NCBI RefSeq assembly: GCF_009914755.1
Contig: NC_060935.1
From: the human T2T-CHM13v2.0 reference genome, Homo sapiens
DNA: 64,000 bases
Strand: one strand, 5' to 3'
Part shown: positions 40,880 through 56,562 of the stretch, piece after piece
Numbering within the stretch: the stretch's first letter is position 1
Layout: each line of letters opens with the position of its first letter
Position numbers and translations under genes: made by a program
Notes under the pieces: generated by a model
What the model saw: the letters and a program-made list of their open reading frames with translations, nothing else
Told to the model about the DNA's origin: nothing
Databases searched by the model: none

Positions 40880-43485
40880 AAAAATAATTGCATGTTCTCT
40901 CTTTTAAATGGGAGTTGAATAATGTGTACACATGGACATACAGTGTAGAATGACAGACAATGGCAACTCAGAAGGGTGACAGGGTGGGAGGGGAGTGGAA
41001 AATGAGAGATTACTTAATGAGTACTGTATTGGTCCGTTTTCACACTGCTGATAAAGACATACCTGAGACTGGGCAATTTACAAAAGAAAGAGATTTAACT
41101 GGACTGAAGTTCCACATGGCTAGGGAGGCCTCACAATCATGGTGGAAGGCAAGAAGAAGTAAATCACATCTTATTTGGATGGCTGCAGGCAAAAAAAAAA
41201 GAGCTTATGCAGAGAAACTCCCATTTTAAAACCATCAGATCTCATGAGACCCATTCACTACCATGAGAATAGCATGGGAAAGACCCAACCCCATGATTCA
41301 ATCATCTCCCACCAGGTCCCTCCCACAACATGCGGGAATTATGGGAGCTACAAGATGAGATTTGGGTGGGGACACAGAGCCAAATCATATCTTTCCACCC
41401 TTGGCCCCTCCCAAATGTCCTATAATCACATTTTAAAACCAGTCACGCCTTCCCAACAATCCCCCAAAATCTCAACTCATTTCAGCATAACTCAAAAGTC
41501 CACAGTCCAAAGTCTCATCTGAGACAAGGCAAGTCTCTTCTACCTATGAGCCTGTAAAATCAAAAGCAAGTTACTTACTTCCTAGATACAATGGGGGTGC
41601 AGGAATTGGGTAAATACAGCCATTCCGAATGGGAGAAATTGCCCAAAACAAAAGGGCTACAGGCCCCATGCAAGTCCAAAATCCAGTGGGGCAGCCAAAT
41701 TTTAAAGCTCCAAAATGATCTCCTTTGATTCATGTCTCACACTCAGGTCATGCTGATGCAAGAGAGGGGTTCCCAAGGTCTTGGGCAGCTCCAACCCTGT
41801 AGCTTTGCAGGGTACAGCCTCCCTCCTGGCTGCCTTCACAGGCTGGCATGGAGTGTCTGTGGCTTTTCCAGATGCACGGTGCAAGCTGTCAGTGGATCTA
41901 CCATTCTGGGTCTGGAGAAAGGTGGCCCCTCTTCTCACAGCTCCCCTAGGCAGTGCTCCCATAGGGACTGTGTGTGGGGGCTCTGAGTCCACATTTCCCT
42001 TCCACACTGCCCTAGCAGAGGTTCTCCATGAGGGCTCCACCTCTGCAGCAAACTTATGCCTCGGCATCCAGGCATTTCCATACATCTTCTGAAATCTAGG
42101 TGGAGGTTCCCAAACCCCATTTCTTGACTTCTGTGCACTCACAGGCTCAATATCACATGAAAGCTGCCAAGGCTTGAGGCTTGCACCCTCAGAAACCACA
42201 GCCCAAGCTCTATGTTGGCCCCTTTCAGCCACAGCTAGAGCAGCTGGGACGCAGGTCACCAAGTTCCTAGGCTGCACACAGCATGGGGACCATGGGCCCA
42301 GCCACACAACCACTTTTTTCTCCTAGGTCTCCAGGCCTGTGATGAAAGATGCTGCTGTGAAGACCTCTGACATACCCTGCAGATATATTCACCGTTGTCT
42401 TGGTGATTAATATTTGGCTCCTTTTTACTTTTGTTACTTATGCAAATTTCTGCAGCCAGCTTGAATTTCTCCTCAGAAAATGGGATTTTCTTTTCTATCA
42501 CATTGTCTGGCTGCAAATTTTCCAAGCTTTTATGCTCCACTTTTCTAATAAAACGCAATACCTTTAACAGCACCCAAGTCACCTCTTGAATGCTTTGCTG
42601 CTTAGAAATTTCTTCCGCCAGATACCTTAAGTCATCTCTCTCAAGTTCAAAGTTTCACAAATCTCTAGGGCAGAGGCAAAATGCCACCAATCTCCTTGCT
42701 AAAACATAACAAGAGTCACTTTTGCTCCAGTTCCCAACAATTTCCTCATCTCCATCTCAGACCACCTCACCCTAGACCTTATTTTTCATATCACTATCAG
42801 CATTTTTGTCAAAGCCATTCAACAAGTCTCTAGGAAGTTCCAAACTTTCCCACATTTTCCTATCTTCTTCTGAGCCCTCCTAACTGTTCCAATCTCTGCC
42901 TGTTACCCAATTCCAAAGGCGCTTCCACATTTTTGGGTATCTTTGCAGCAATGTCCCACTCTACTGGTACCAATTTACTGTATTAGTCCGTTTTCATGCT
43001 GCTGATATAGACATACCTGAAGCTGGGCAATTTACAAAAGAAAGAGGTTTAATTGGACTTACAATTCCACATGGCTGAGGAGGCCTCATAATAATGGCAG
43101 AAGGCAAGGAGGGGCAACTCACATCTTATGTGGATGGCAGCAGGCCAAAAAAAAAAAAAAAAAAGCTTGTGCAGAGAAGCTCCCATTTTTTAAAACCATC
43201 AGATCTTGTGAGACCCATTCACAATCACAAGAACAGCATGGGAAAGATCCACCCTCATGATTCAATCATCGCCCACCTGTCCCTCTCATGACACATGGGA
43301 ATTATGGGAGTTACATGATGAGACTTGGGTGGGGACACAGCGAACCCCTATCAAGTACAATGTACATTATTATTCCAGTGATGGATACACTAAAAGCCCT
43401 GACTTCACCACTAAGTAACACATTCATGTAACAAAATTACACTGGTACCCTCTACATTTATATAAATAAAATAAAATTTAAAAAA
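40880..43485 (+). mobile_element. L1 3'UTR stub (L1PB/L1MA-type) split by the THE1 element (40880-41024 and 43354-43485)
   Basis: catgttctctctt...gggagttgaataatgtgtacacatggacat continues after the THE1 as gtacaatgtac...ctgacttcaccact...A-rich tail. Confidence 0.85.
41025..43353 (-). mobile_element. Full-length THE1B/C-like MaLR (3'LTR 41025-41392, internal, 5'LTR 42979-43353)
   Basis: Both LTRs begin tgtatt(g/a)gtccgtttt on the plus strand; perfect 5-bp TSD agtac. Confidence 0.93.
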
Positions 43486-43517
43486 GAAACACAAAAATTT
43501 GGATTACAGTGGTAAAT

Positions 43518-44430
43518 ATGGCAGATTATATTTTCAAAAAGTCACCACAGAAATATAATTCATTCCACTTCTTCTTACAATGTGATGTTGATAAATCTCC
43601 ATCAAGAGATGGGATTGATGTTCTCTCTCCTTGAGTCTAGGTTAGCCCATGACTACAAAGAAGTGACATTTTGTGTCTTCTGAGGCTAGGTTATAAAAGA
43701 TATGGTTTTCATTAGTCCCTCTCTCTCTCTCTCTCTCTCACTCACTCTCTCTCTCTCTCTCTATCTAGACAGAGCAATAGTCACTCTTGGAACACAGTCA
43801 CCATGTCATGAAGAATACCAGGTCACTTGGAGAAGTCATATGTAGACGTTCCAGCTAACAGCCAACATCAACCAGCTAAAGTCCCAGCCAATATCTAGTT
43901 TCAACTACCAGACATGTGAGTGAGCAAGCACTCACATGTTTCCAGTTCTCAGTCATCAAGTCACCCTTACCTTTAAATTATCCAACTGAAATGTAGCTGA
44001 AAAAAATTATGCCAACTGTGTCTTGTTCAGAATATGTGAGTGGCTGGGTGGGTATGGCAGCTCATGCCTGTAATCCCAGCACTTTGGAAGTCTCAGATGG
44101 GAGGATCTCTGGAGCTCAGAAGTTTAAGACCAGCCTGGGCAACATAGGGAGACTTTGTCTCTACAAAAGTAAAAATAAAAAAAATTAACGAAGTGTGGTG
44201 GTGTGTACACATGGTCCTCAGCTACTCGGGAGGCTGAGTTGGGAGGACTGTTTGAGCCTGAGAGATTGATGACTCAGTGAGCCACAATTGCAGCACTGCA
44301 CTCCAGCCTAGGTGACAGAGCAAGACTCTGTCTCAAAAGAAAAAAAAAGAATATGTGAGCATAATAAACAGTTGTTTTACACAACTAAATTTTAGGGTGA
44401 TTTTGTTAAATAGCCATAAATAACCAGAAA
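43518..44430 (+). mobile_element. MLT1-family LTR containing (CT)n and an AluJ
   Basis: tctccatcaagagatgg...tgaggctagg...cagacatgtgagtgag...ttttgttaaatagccataaataaccagaa. Confidence 0.75.
44042..44348 (+). mobile_element. AluJ-type element
   Basis: Diverged dimer; TSD agaatatgtgag. Confidence 0.92.
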
Positions 44431-45324
44431 AGTAAATGTCTAAAACTGGACTTTATTGTGAACAATTATCCCATAGTTCACAATGTGTTGTCTATTATGA
44501 TGATTTGACAAAAAGAGGCATGAAGCTATCAAAGATTACATACACTTTTCAAACTCATAGATTAAGATTTTTTTATTATTTAATGAACAATAATTATATG
44601 CCTGTGATATAGATGAATAAAATGCATTCAGAACAATGGGACAGGTGACTAGCTCCATATAGAATTATGAGGGAGTCTTGAAGTAGTATTCTACTAAATT
44701 ATTAAATATAAAAAAACACTCAATGCTCACAAGATCACAATGAAATAAGTACATTTATATAATACTGAGAACACTGTAAACTATAGCAATCTTCTTAGTA
44801 ATAAGGCAAAACATAGCAAAATTCATAAAGAAATTCATGAATTTCTAAATTCATGAATTTTACTAAATATTTACCCCAAAAAATGAGAGAGAGAGAAAAG
44901 AGAGAGGCAATGAGATGTTAATTGCAGCATTATCATTAGAAACAAACAATAGAAATGCCCAATAATAGGAGAGAAATAAGGTACATTTAAATAATGAATT
45001 ATAGCCATTCAAATAATAATCAGAAAAACGGTATAGAATCATGGAGGAATGTTTACAGTGTTTTAAGTGAAAGAATATAAATAGCACTTACCCCATTATT
45101 ACAATTACAGAATATATATAGTCACATTGATTAGAGCTAGATGAGGAAATATTAGAAGGCAAAATGAACAGAATAGAGAGCCATCCAAGAAAAGTTTTAT
45201 GTATATATGGGGATCAATTATATGCTTTAAGTCACTTCAAATCAGTGGGGAAAGGATGAACTTATCAAAAAATGATGTTGGCTGCCTGTTGCACTCAATG
45301 TTAAAAAGACAGATGATAGATTTT

Positions 45325-45621
<297 letters not shown>

Positions 45622-46267
45622 TAGATATATATATTTTTTAAATCAATCAAAACTATCTTTTTATAGATAGTTTGAGATACAAATCTAACTGTATTTACTA
45701 CAATGAATAGAAAAGTAGAAGTAGAAGTATAAAATGCAAAAGACTATTTTTATAATTTTTGGATAAGAAATACCTTAAGCAAATCAGAAAACTAGAAACC
45801 AAAAAGGAAAAGACTACCAGATTTGACTATATTAATATGTGAAACTTGTTTCTGGTAAGTGATAACATAAACAAAAATAAAAGAAAGGTGACAAACAGGA
45901 AGAAAATATTTATTACATATAAAATAACAAGGGAAAAATGACCATACTATACAAAGAGTATCTACAAATCATAGGAAAAGCAACATCTCAGCAGAGGACA
46001 TAAGAAGATAATTCATGGAAAAAATGTGATTATCTAATAGTATGCAAATTAAAATATAGTACACCTTGCTGCTAATAACGAAGATAATTAAAATAGAAAT
46101 GACATCATTTTTACTCATAGGACAGAGAAAAAGGACTTACTGACAGTAAGTAGTGTTTGCAAGCATTCCAAGAAAGACACTCATATACTGTTGGAGGATG
46201 TCTAATTTGGCACAGGCAGTATCTATACAAATTTCTAATATGCTTTTTGATCCCAACATTGCACTTA

Positions 46268-46611
<344 letters not shown>

Positions 46612-48719
46612 GGGTGTTTATTATAGACATACACACACAAACACAAAGGAAATAGCTTAACTGTCCATTTAAAAATAATCGACTGCACAGCTATTCAAGA
46701 TCTCCAAGACATGTTGTTCGCAAAAACAAAAAAGTTGTCCAATAAAATATTTGATTAATATATATTTAGAAAAAATTGCAGGCCTTAAATCCATGTATAT
46801 AAATACATATTAAAAGATCTTCAGGAACAAGTATCAAACTAGTAATCATGTTTACCTCTTAGGAAAATTAGTTTAATTGAAAAAGGTGAGTATCAAATGG
46901 AATTTTAGCATTCTACTTTATATATTTTGGTACATATAAACTTTTACTATCAAGCACATATTTATGTATGTTGAAAAGCAATGAAACTAAAAATGAAAGT
47001 AAAGAAGCAAATGTATTACAAAGGTACCTATAAATTATCTTTAATAGCAATCATTAGGTAAAAGCATTATTATAAGCAATTTTCAAGCTCTTTTATAAAC
47101 ACTGTATTATCACACTTTATCTTCACAACAATTCTATGAGGTACAGAAGTAGGTATATATTATTATTATTATTTTGTACTTGAAGATACATTCTTAGAGA
47201 AGCTAAGTAATTTGCCATACTTTGTATTATTGCATTTACTGAAAATGCAGCCTCTTTCTTTCTCATGAGAGAGAGGCAGATGTAATGAGTTTGTCTTATA
47301 AGTGTGGTATATGAAAGTTCAAAAACACACACAGATAGGCATGTGGCTATAGCCTTTTTTGCAGAGTTTGCAGTTATAACAATCTACAGACTGAGAATTA
47401 TGAAGAAAATCAAGATAATTAGAACCATTTTAAGGTTATGATATAATCAAATAAAATATGAATGTACTTTACAAACAGTAAAATGCTATGCAAATAGAAG
47501 TTATTACAGTGGTCTCTGTTGAGCAGCAGATGGCTTAGCAGAACTAGAAACCCTGAGTAGAATTCTGGCTCTAATACTTCCCAAGCATGTTTCTGTAAAA
47601 TGCAGTTAATATTCTTTACTTCCCATCCCATATTCCTACATTATGTGCATATAACTACACATACATACATATAGGAATATGAGAAATAAGTGAGATGATA
47701 CATATAAAGGCATCTAGTATAGTGCCTGGCAAGTTATACATGCTCTGTGGATACTAGTTCTATATGAAATTCATTTTTAAAAAAGAGACATATAGCATAG
47801 GTCAGACCAAAGCAAAGCGGAGGATTGAGCATAGCTAAAATTTTGGTGGTAATTGAAGACCCCAGTGCCTCTAGTTTTTTTCTGGTGACCTTGGAGATAT
47901 GTTAAAAAATATCAACAGACTGAGCTATCTGAAGTAATTTTTAGAGAAAAGCTGTCTTTGTGTTTGAGTATATTAATCTAATCATTTCAGACAATGATCT
48001 CTATTATTGTGATTTAATCTAGCAACTGTCACTTTTGCATTGAGTAAATTAATTTGTCTCCGTTTGATCACGGCTCTTAAACTACACAGCTGTGGACATG
48101 TTGCCTTCCTTCTTTGATTCATTAAAATTACTTTCACATTCTTGGTATTTTCATGACTGCTTGATATATTGCTTCAAGCATTGGTAAGTAGAGAAAGGAT
48201 TTCTGGTGGTTTGGGAAGGATGAATTTGTCCTGCAAGATATTACATCTTGATGTATTGCTATTGAATCACCTGGAAAGTACTGAATGAACTGTTGAGCTT
48301 TGGTACCTATTTTCAGTGTCTAATGTTGGGTATCTAATGTACATCACACTTATGTGGTATACATAAATATAAACATAAATATAATATATAATATAGAAAC
48401 ATGTTGTATATAAGATAAATATATGCATAAATATAAACATAAAGTTGCTTATACTTTCAAGGTTATCTACTGCATTTCTACTGCAACTTATAACAACAAA
48501 AGGGTATATAAGAGATAACCACCTCTCCTTGACCTTAATTGAATTTGTGTTTTGAGTTGAAAACTAATCTAAAACCCACATTTTCACTTAGGGTTACAAT
48601 CTCTTTGAAATATTCAGACTTGAAGATAAAATCGAGTCATCTTCAAAATGACTTGAAAATTTTTTTGCTTCTTTCTCCCTTGCCACAGCCAGATGAATTT
48701 GACATATCTTTGCTAACAA

Positions 48720-49062
48720 CTTTTCCATCCTAATATTAATGCTCTCACACCTCCTTTAAATCTTTGCTCAAATGTGTCTTTTTTTCAGGCCTAACTTGAA
48801 TATCCTATTTTAAAATTTATATACATCCCTGAACTCATTTCCTTTATCCTTCTCTAATTGTTTCTTTCTTATATCACTTATTAACTGTTTCTTGTCATAT
48901 AATGCACATATCTGTTGTTTATTATCGGTGGCTCTTAGCTAGTATGTAAACTCCATAAAGGAATCTTGGTTGACTTTGCCCACCGATATGTCTCAAGCAT
49001 CCATAAGAGGGCTTGGCACAAAGTAGACATTTAATAAATATATATTTGAATGAATGAATGAA
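48720..49062 (+). mobile_element. LINE-2 3' end
   Basis: tgtaaactccat...cttggcacaaagtagacatttaataaata...(tgaa)n tail. Confidence 0.8.
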
Positions 49063-49096
49063 TATGTTTCATAGGTGCCTCCTTAGGGAAAAAAAA

Positions 49097-49386
49097 ACTT
49101 TTTTTTTCAGACAGGGTCTCACTCTGTCACCCAGGCTGGAGTGCAATGGTGTGATCATGGCTCACTGCAGCCTCAACCTCCCAGCCCAAGTAATCCTCAC
49201 ATCTCAGCCTCTCGAGTAGCTGGGACCACAGGCATGCACCACCATGCCTGGCTAATTTCTTTTTATTTTTTGTAGAGACGGGGTCTCAGTACTTCACCCA
49301 GACTGGTCTTGAACTCCTGGGCTCAAGCAAGCCTCCTGCCTCAGCCTCCCAAAGTGCTGGGATTACAGACATGAGAAACACTGGCC
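49097..49386 (-). mobile_element. AluJ-type element
   Basis: gatcatggctcactgcagcctcaacctcc diagnostic of AluJ. Confidence 0.92.
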
Positions 49387-50812
49387 TCAAGAAAATTCTT
49401 GATCTGATTTGACAATGCTCATAAGAACACCATTTAATCACAAGGGAAAATGGTATTCATGGAGACTGTTTTGGATGAGTGATTGACTTTCTGAAGAATA
49501 TGTTCTCTTCGTAAAATATGTGACTAGGTTTAGTTCTAAAATGTATATTCATCTCTTTGGAATGCTTTCATATTATTTGTGATTTAGAATACCCTACTAG
49601 TTCAAAATATAACATCTGTGTGGTTATATGCAAAGATGAAAAACTAGAAACTTTTTTTTTGTATTACCCAAATAGAGATCTTTGATCTCTGTGTTTAAAT
49701 TTCAAAGCTTGAACTCTAGAATCACAGTGCTATATTCTTAGATGCTATTCCTATACTCCAAAGGTCTTAAGGCAAATGAAATACTGGTTTTTTAAAATAA
49801 GAGTGAAGTTAGAGGAAATCTCAGAAAACGGTGTCATGCTTAGCAGTAATTTGATGGCAGAGAAGAAACATCAACAAAATCCTTCTTTTTTATCTCTCAC
49901 ATTTTAGGGCTACAGTTTCAAAATATATAGACTTCACATATGTTCCTAGGCCTGCAACATTTACATAAGGTAAACTTGAATAGGAAAATTGAGGGGAAAA
50001 AAGAGAGAAGGGGTTGATTGTGAAGTGTTGCTCTTCGGAGTTGTACATGGCCCAATTTTTTTAATTAAACCCTTGAAACATAGCTTAAGATGTAATCAGT
50101 CAATTCTTTACTGAATGCAGATTCATTAGGAATAGCCAAACAAGTCTAAACTAATGCAATTCACTTAGAAAACAAAAAGCCCAAACTAAACAAGATAACC
50201 TAATTAAAGATTTTTGACTTAATAACTCATGTTTGTTCTAGAATAAAAGAATTTACTGGATAGTTACCTTCTTCATCTACATTGTATTTTGGCAAATATT
50301 TATTGAAACTCTCTTTTCCACACAGGTTTTAAGGTGGCTCGTAACAAAAGCTACATGAAATTAAAAGAATAAAAGACCCAGAGAAAAGGTTAGACCAATA
50401 TGCCAATGTTAACAGAATCTTAAGATTTGGCCCTGAGCTTTCTGGCAGCCATATATAAAATTAAACACACCATCAGTTATATCGTTCTCATTATCAGGAA
50501 GGAAGAATCACATGAGTCTTTCAGAAGAAACAAAAGCTCTTTATAGCATTGAATTACACACAAAATTTCTCACTGAAATTTTATATGAAAGATACAGAGT
50601 AATATGTAAAATTCCTCCGTAATTTACATGACTGTTTCTTGTGATAATTAAAAAAATAAAAACAGAGGACACCATCAGAAATAAGTACATGATCCTTTGG
50701 GAGCGCTGGATAGGAATAATTAGCTCAACTTAGGGGTATAAGGTAGGCTTCCTGGAGGAGTTGATACATGAACTTAAAATGCATAAATTATCCAGGTGAA
50801 GAAAGAATGGCA

Positions 50813-51218
<406 letters not shown>

Positions 51219-52895
51219 TTAATTAGAATTTGGTTTCTTGTTTATATGAATAATTCAGTAAAAGATGCAGTCACTACCATTCTAAAAACCTTAATTAAGT
51301 AATTCCTTCTTAACCTAAATTTGGCTTGGTTCTCATGAGAAAAGATGGAAATTGGTGAAAACGACTTGTAGGTCGTATAGTTTAACCTATATAATGTGCT
51401 CGCAGCTGTCCCTCACACCGTTGCAACATTCCTAACATATAAAAAGCCTCTAAGATGGGATTAGGAAGGCATGAAGTCCTCATCAAAAGAACACAAATTA
51501 GGTCCTTCATTAGGGGTTAGAACTTCAGGTGCAAGGAATGTGAGGATTATAAATGGGACCAGATTGGAGCCGTCACAATCTTTTGATCTTCCATCCCACA
51601 ACTCTAGAAGAATAACCAGTAAGGGAAATTTTCTAGGTCACTCATTCCTATCTTTGGTAGCCAACTATAACCAAGATGACTTCTAGAATAAATAAAGCAT
51701 GCATGAATGGCTTAGAATGGCTCCATTTTGAGCCTGTGAAGAAGAGCAAAAGATGTAGATAAGGCTGACATATTTTCAAGCCTGATTCAATAGAGTAGAT
51801 GATAATATGGGAATTTCATATAGCTGGTGCTCCAGCTGTAGATAAAGATATTCTATTTTCCTAAATTGTCATCTCTGGATGCCTTGATAAACTAGTATAA
51901 TTGCTGTGGAAGGCAGGACAAAACTTAGAAATTGGGGGTAATGAACATATGAGGACTAATATTTGTATATGTGGATGATCCTCTTTTAATACTGGTTTGA
52001 ACCAAGGTGAATCAAATAGATACTTGGAAACAGATTGTTAAGAGGATTTTAAAAGTCTAGTTTTGAACACATCATGTCTTCTTAATTTAAACAGAAGGCT
52101 TAAAACCATCAAGTTTACTTGCTGAAATTAATCCTGAGGTGTTAACTAGCTATATGATCCTGAGAAATTTATTTAATTTCTTTTTGCTTCAATTTTTACT
52201 TCTGTACACAAGTGATAATAATATCTATCACATAGTTTTTAAAAAATATGAAATGAGTTAGGACATGCTAAATGCTTCTAATAGTGTTCATCATACAGAA
52301 AAAAACTTTAAGTGTTAATTCTTATTGAAGTTGTGGTTGTTATTATGTAGAGAGACCCCTGAACATAGACCTTCTCACTTCACTTCTTCACAAGAATAAA
52401 TATCTATTGAATGGATGAATGAATGTTTACTTATTTTCACCTTACCATAAAAAATAGCACTTTTTTTCTCTGCTGAAATGGATTTTCTATAGGTAAATAT
52501 AATTATCCAGTTTGTAGATTCAAGGAATTTAACACTAAAAGGAATAGGGTGGAAACTGGAGTCTTTTAAGGAAAGATGGAAGGGCCACACAGAGCCAGCT
52601 AGAGACAAAATCCATCCAATAGCTTTCATTACTTAGGATGTGGACAGGTATCCTCACAGTTTCCTCTGTTATTATTAGTTGCTTGACATTTAATACATTT
52701 CTAGAGCAGAAAGAAGAAATAAATATGATGCACTCATCAATAAAGAGATGATGCAAACTACAATAATTTTAAAAAGCATTTATCAAACAATGTAAAGGAA
52801 AAGTGTGAGAGGCTAAGGAACATAAAACTAGGTGATAAAATGAGATATAGAAATAAAATGGAATTAACAAAGAAAGATTAAAAATCAATGATATA

Positions 52896-53473
52896 CAGAA
52901 GTATCCTCCTTATCTGTGGTTTTGCTTTCCAGTTTCAGTCACCCGCGGTCAACCTCAGTCCAAAAATATTAAATGGAAAATTCCAAGGATAAACAACTCA
53001 TAACTTCTAAATTGTGTGCTCTTCTGAGTAGTGCCCAGGATGCGAATAATCCCTTTGTTCAGAGTATCCATGTTGTCTCTGCTACTTGCCTGTTAGTAAC
53101 TCAGTAGCCGTCTTGGTTTATCAGATCACCTGTCACAGTATCTCAGTGCTTGGGTTCAGTAATCCTTGTTTTACTTAATAGTGGCTACACAGTACAAGAG
53201 TAGTGATGCTGGTGATTTGGATATGTCAAAGAGAAGCTATAAAGTGCTTCCTTTAAATGAAAAGGTGAACGTTTTTGACTTAATAAGGAAAGAAAAAAGT
53301 TGTATGCAGAGGTGGCTAAGATTTATGGTAAGAATAAATCTTCTCTCTGTGAAATTGTCAAGAAAGAAAAAGGAAGCTGTGCATAGTATATCTAGAGTTT
53401 GGTTCTATCTACAGTTTCAGGCAACCACTGGGGGTCTTGGAATGTATCTCATGTGGATAATGGGGGACTACTC
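52896..53473. mobile_element. MER44 (Tigger7-derived) element
   Basis: TIR-like ends cagaagtatcctccttatc / gataatgggggactactc with TA flanks; transposase N-terminal remnant KRSYKVLPLNEKVNVFDLIRKEK. Confidence 0.88.
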
Positions 53474-53602
53474 TATAAAAAAATAATTACAACCAGAGAA
53501 CTAAAAGTTGAAATAGTGAAAATAATAAAATAAGATAAAAATGATATGAATGTATAACCAATGCATGATATTAGGAATAGTTAGTAAAGAAATGAAAAAA
53601 AT

Positions 53603-53730
53603 CAGCTGGGTGAGGTGACGAACCTGTATTCCCAGCTACTCGGGAGGTTGAGGTGGGAGTATCGCTTGAACCCAGGGGTTAGAGACCAGCCTGAGCTACA
53701 TAGAAAGATTCTGTCTAAAAAAAAATTTAA
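53603..53730 (+). mobile_element. FLAM-type Alu monomer
   Basis: Single monomer with A tail. Confidence 0.85.
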
Positions 53731-56562
53731 AAAGTAAAAATCCATATAGGTTAAAAGGGGGAAATAGTTTAAAAGGGTAATCAGAGGTTTCAAATAAAAG
53801 TAGAATACAATGTCCAGAAAATGTCACCTACTTTTGTCCTCTGAAGTTCTCTCAAAGACTCCTTAGCTACATTCCCTTAGAACACAGACCAGTATTCCTT
53901 TACCCTGTTTTATGCCTTAAGCCTTGAATGCAGTCTTTAAACTACAGCTATCAATTCATGCAGATCCAAATTCTTTCCTCGAACACAGCAAAAAGTCAGG
54001 TGTTTCCCCACTCTGGCCTCTTGTTTTAAAACTTTAGTTTCTTGATATCATTATTACTGGAAAAGTATCCCATGTCATGTGAAGAAGTGCTCCTCAAACT
54101 TTAGTCTCTGTATCCCCTTAGTCAGGCAAAGCAAACAAAAGTAATCTCTGGAAAGAGTGGTGTTGAGCTTGAAGATAAATCAGTAAAATGTCGGTTTTTT
54201 AATTATTATGTACAAAGTATTTTTTTTATTGCAAATACAAATATATCAGTGTTTGCATTTTATAGAAATTCATATTCTTTAAAGGTCGCCAGAATACACT
54301 CTTAGGATAAATTACACAGAACAGCATTTGGCTAACTATACCATAGGATATCAATTAGGGTTATGTGGAAAACACCAAATAAACTTAGAAAATTCCAGTT
54401 TCTAAATAAGTTAAACGGTTTTGTTTGCTAGAGAAAACTTCCAAAACACCAATATCTTTTATACTTCTCTAAGAATGGGCTCTAGTACCTTCTATACTAA
54501 CTTGAAAATGGAATCCCTTTGAGTGTATGTTGCAAAGCCCAGAACTAATATTTCATGAAATATACTTTGAGAAACAGTTTCTAGAGAAAGAACTATACAG
54601 AGAGGTAGAAAAATCTAACTCTCTAATCAAGTCTCTACAATGTCTGAATCCAATTGTGTTACTGAAGGAATAATAGGAAGAATTCAAAAAGCCTGACATT
54701 ATATTGAAATGGGAAGGGAACCATCATATCTGGAAAAGTGATAGAGCCAACTGAACTTTCTTTTTAAAATCTGGACTCTCTGAATGGAGCACTACATGTT
54801 TTTAACTTCAAAAACTTAAAGTAGTTTGAACATGCTTCTTTGAGGTGAAATATGCCTTAATATGTTTTGAATCTAAAATAAAAGAAAATAAATATACATA
54901 TGCAATGTCTTATTTATTGAATAACTTACTTCCAGGGTCAGTTAAATTTGGAGATCCAAATCTTTATCCATTTCTTTTTGAGATTTTCAGTTTTTCTCTA
55001 TGTCACATGAAGTGCTCGTGTCATTGCACAAGTGCAAATAACTTCTTGAGGAAAGAAAAACTGCTATGAGACATGCCAATATTTTATGCCCCAACTGAGA
55101 CATCTGTGCACACAATTGACATTCAGAACTCCCTGGTATACATTATTTCATAAGCCTTTGCATATTTTGCTTTCAAGCCCTATTATTATTGATTTAAAAG
55201 AAGTGAAACTTTTTTTTTTTACAAATATTATCCACTACCTTTGAAATGCTAAAGTGAGAATCTTTGAAATGAGTTTGGAAAAAATCTTGAATAATCCACA
55301 TCATCATAGACATGTAACACTCAAATGAATTCACACAGTCACTGCCCTTTAACAGCTGTGTTTTTTCTATCACATTTAATTTTAATATTTGCAACTATAC
55401 TTTAGTGTAGTTATAGTGCCCTCTCTATGAATATACTTTCTGGATTAGAGAAAGGACGCAGAATATTTTTCCATAACAAAGTCATTTGGGTTGAATTGTC
55501 AAAATCTAATCCTCATAACACCACTCTCTTTTGATTTTGTAAAGTGAAAAAAGACATCTACTTTAACACACTCAGAGCAGGATTAAGACATCTTTCAAAC
55601 CTTCTGATCACTCCAAAGATTAACAAAAATGCCTTGCTAACTTTAACCAAAAGACCAGATGTAGAATAATCTTCTATTTTTCCAGCAAGTATTGAAAGGC
55701 AGGATTATACAAATGGAGACACACAAATATAAATGGGGGTGCTCTCTCTCTGTATCTCTCTCACTATTCATATATACTTTTTCTTTAGTGCTTTGAAAAC
55801 TGACATGTTGCTTTTAGGTTAGTATATGAATCAGTAATGAGTAAAAACTACTTTGAAGATTACTTAATGTTATACTCATTCATATTGGAGATAATTTTCC
55901 TTAATATTTGTTGCATGTTTTTCAAGAATAAGTGTTAAAAATCAGTTTTAATTTTTAAACATACATAACCTCTGTGCCATTCTGTCTTCACTTCCCATTA
56001 GTTTCCAAACAAAGCCCTACACAATCTTTAGTTGATTTCCTTACTGTTTAGTAGAGTAGATGTCCTCTTATGTGATGTGAATAGAAGTGGTAGTTGGTTA
56101 GTTAACTTAAAAAAGAAAAATAAAATTGGGTTAAACAGAATTATGTATGTATGTTAAACAGAATTATCTATGTATACATTATATACATACATATATAAAT
56201 TATATTTTTAAACTTAAAACATAATTTTAAAATTTATTTTTAATGTAAAGTTTATAATGTGCCAGCATTCACAAATCTTTTTGATGTTAGGGCCAAGGCC
56301 TTTCTTTTTGATATGGTTTTATTCTCTGAAGTCTTTCTTGCATGAATCACATACATAATGCATTTTCTGATTTCAATTTCTGGTTTCATTAAAATGGAAT
56401 GGAAACTTAAAGACACAAGGCAATTTGAGTGCAAAATCCTCATACTTAACGATCAATTAGTTGATCAACTGCAATGCTCCTTCCGTTTTTCACATTCTTA
56501 ATTTGACAGCATTTAAAAATTTTTTATTGTAAAAGATATTAAATACACAACATATAAATAAA

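Noticed and set aside
37487-42582. Many 60-200 aa ORFs on both strands
   Set aside because: All lie in THE1 LTR or internal sequence and are standard decayed MaLR ORF fragments.
53740-56450. Unique AT-rich stretch as the 3' end of the neighbouring gene (MAML2 by recalled synteny)
   Set aside because: No coding exon or identifiable UTR; I expect that gene to end beyond the right edge but cannot verify this.
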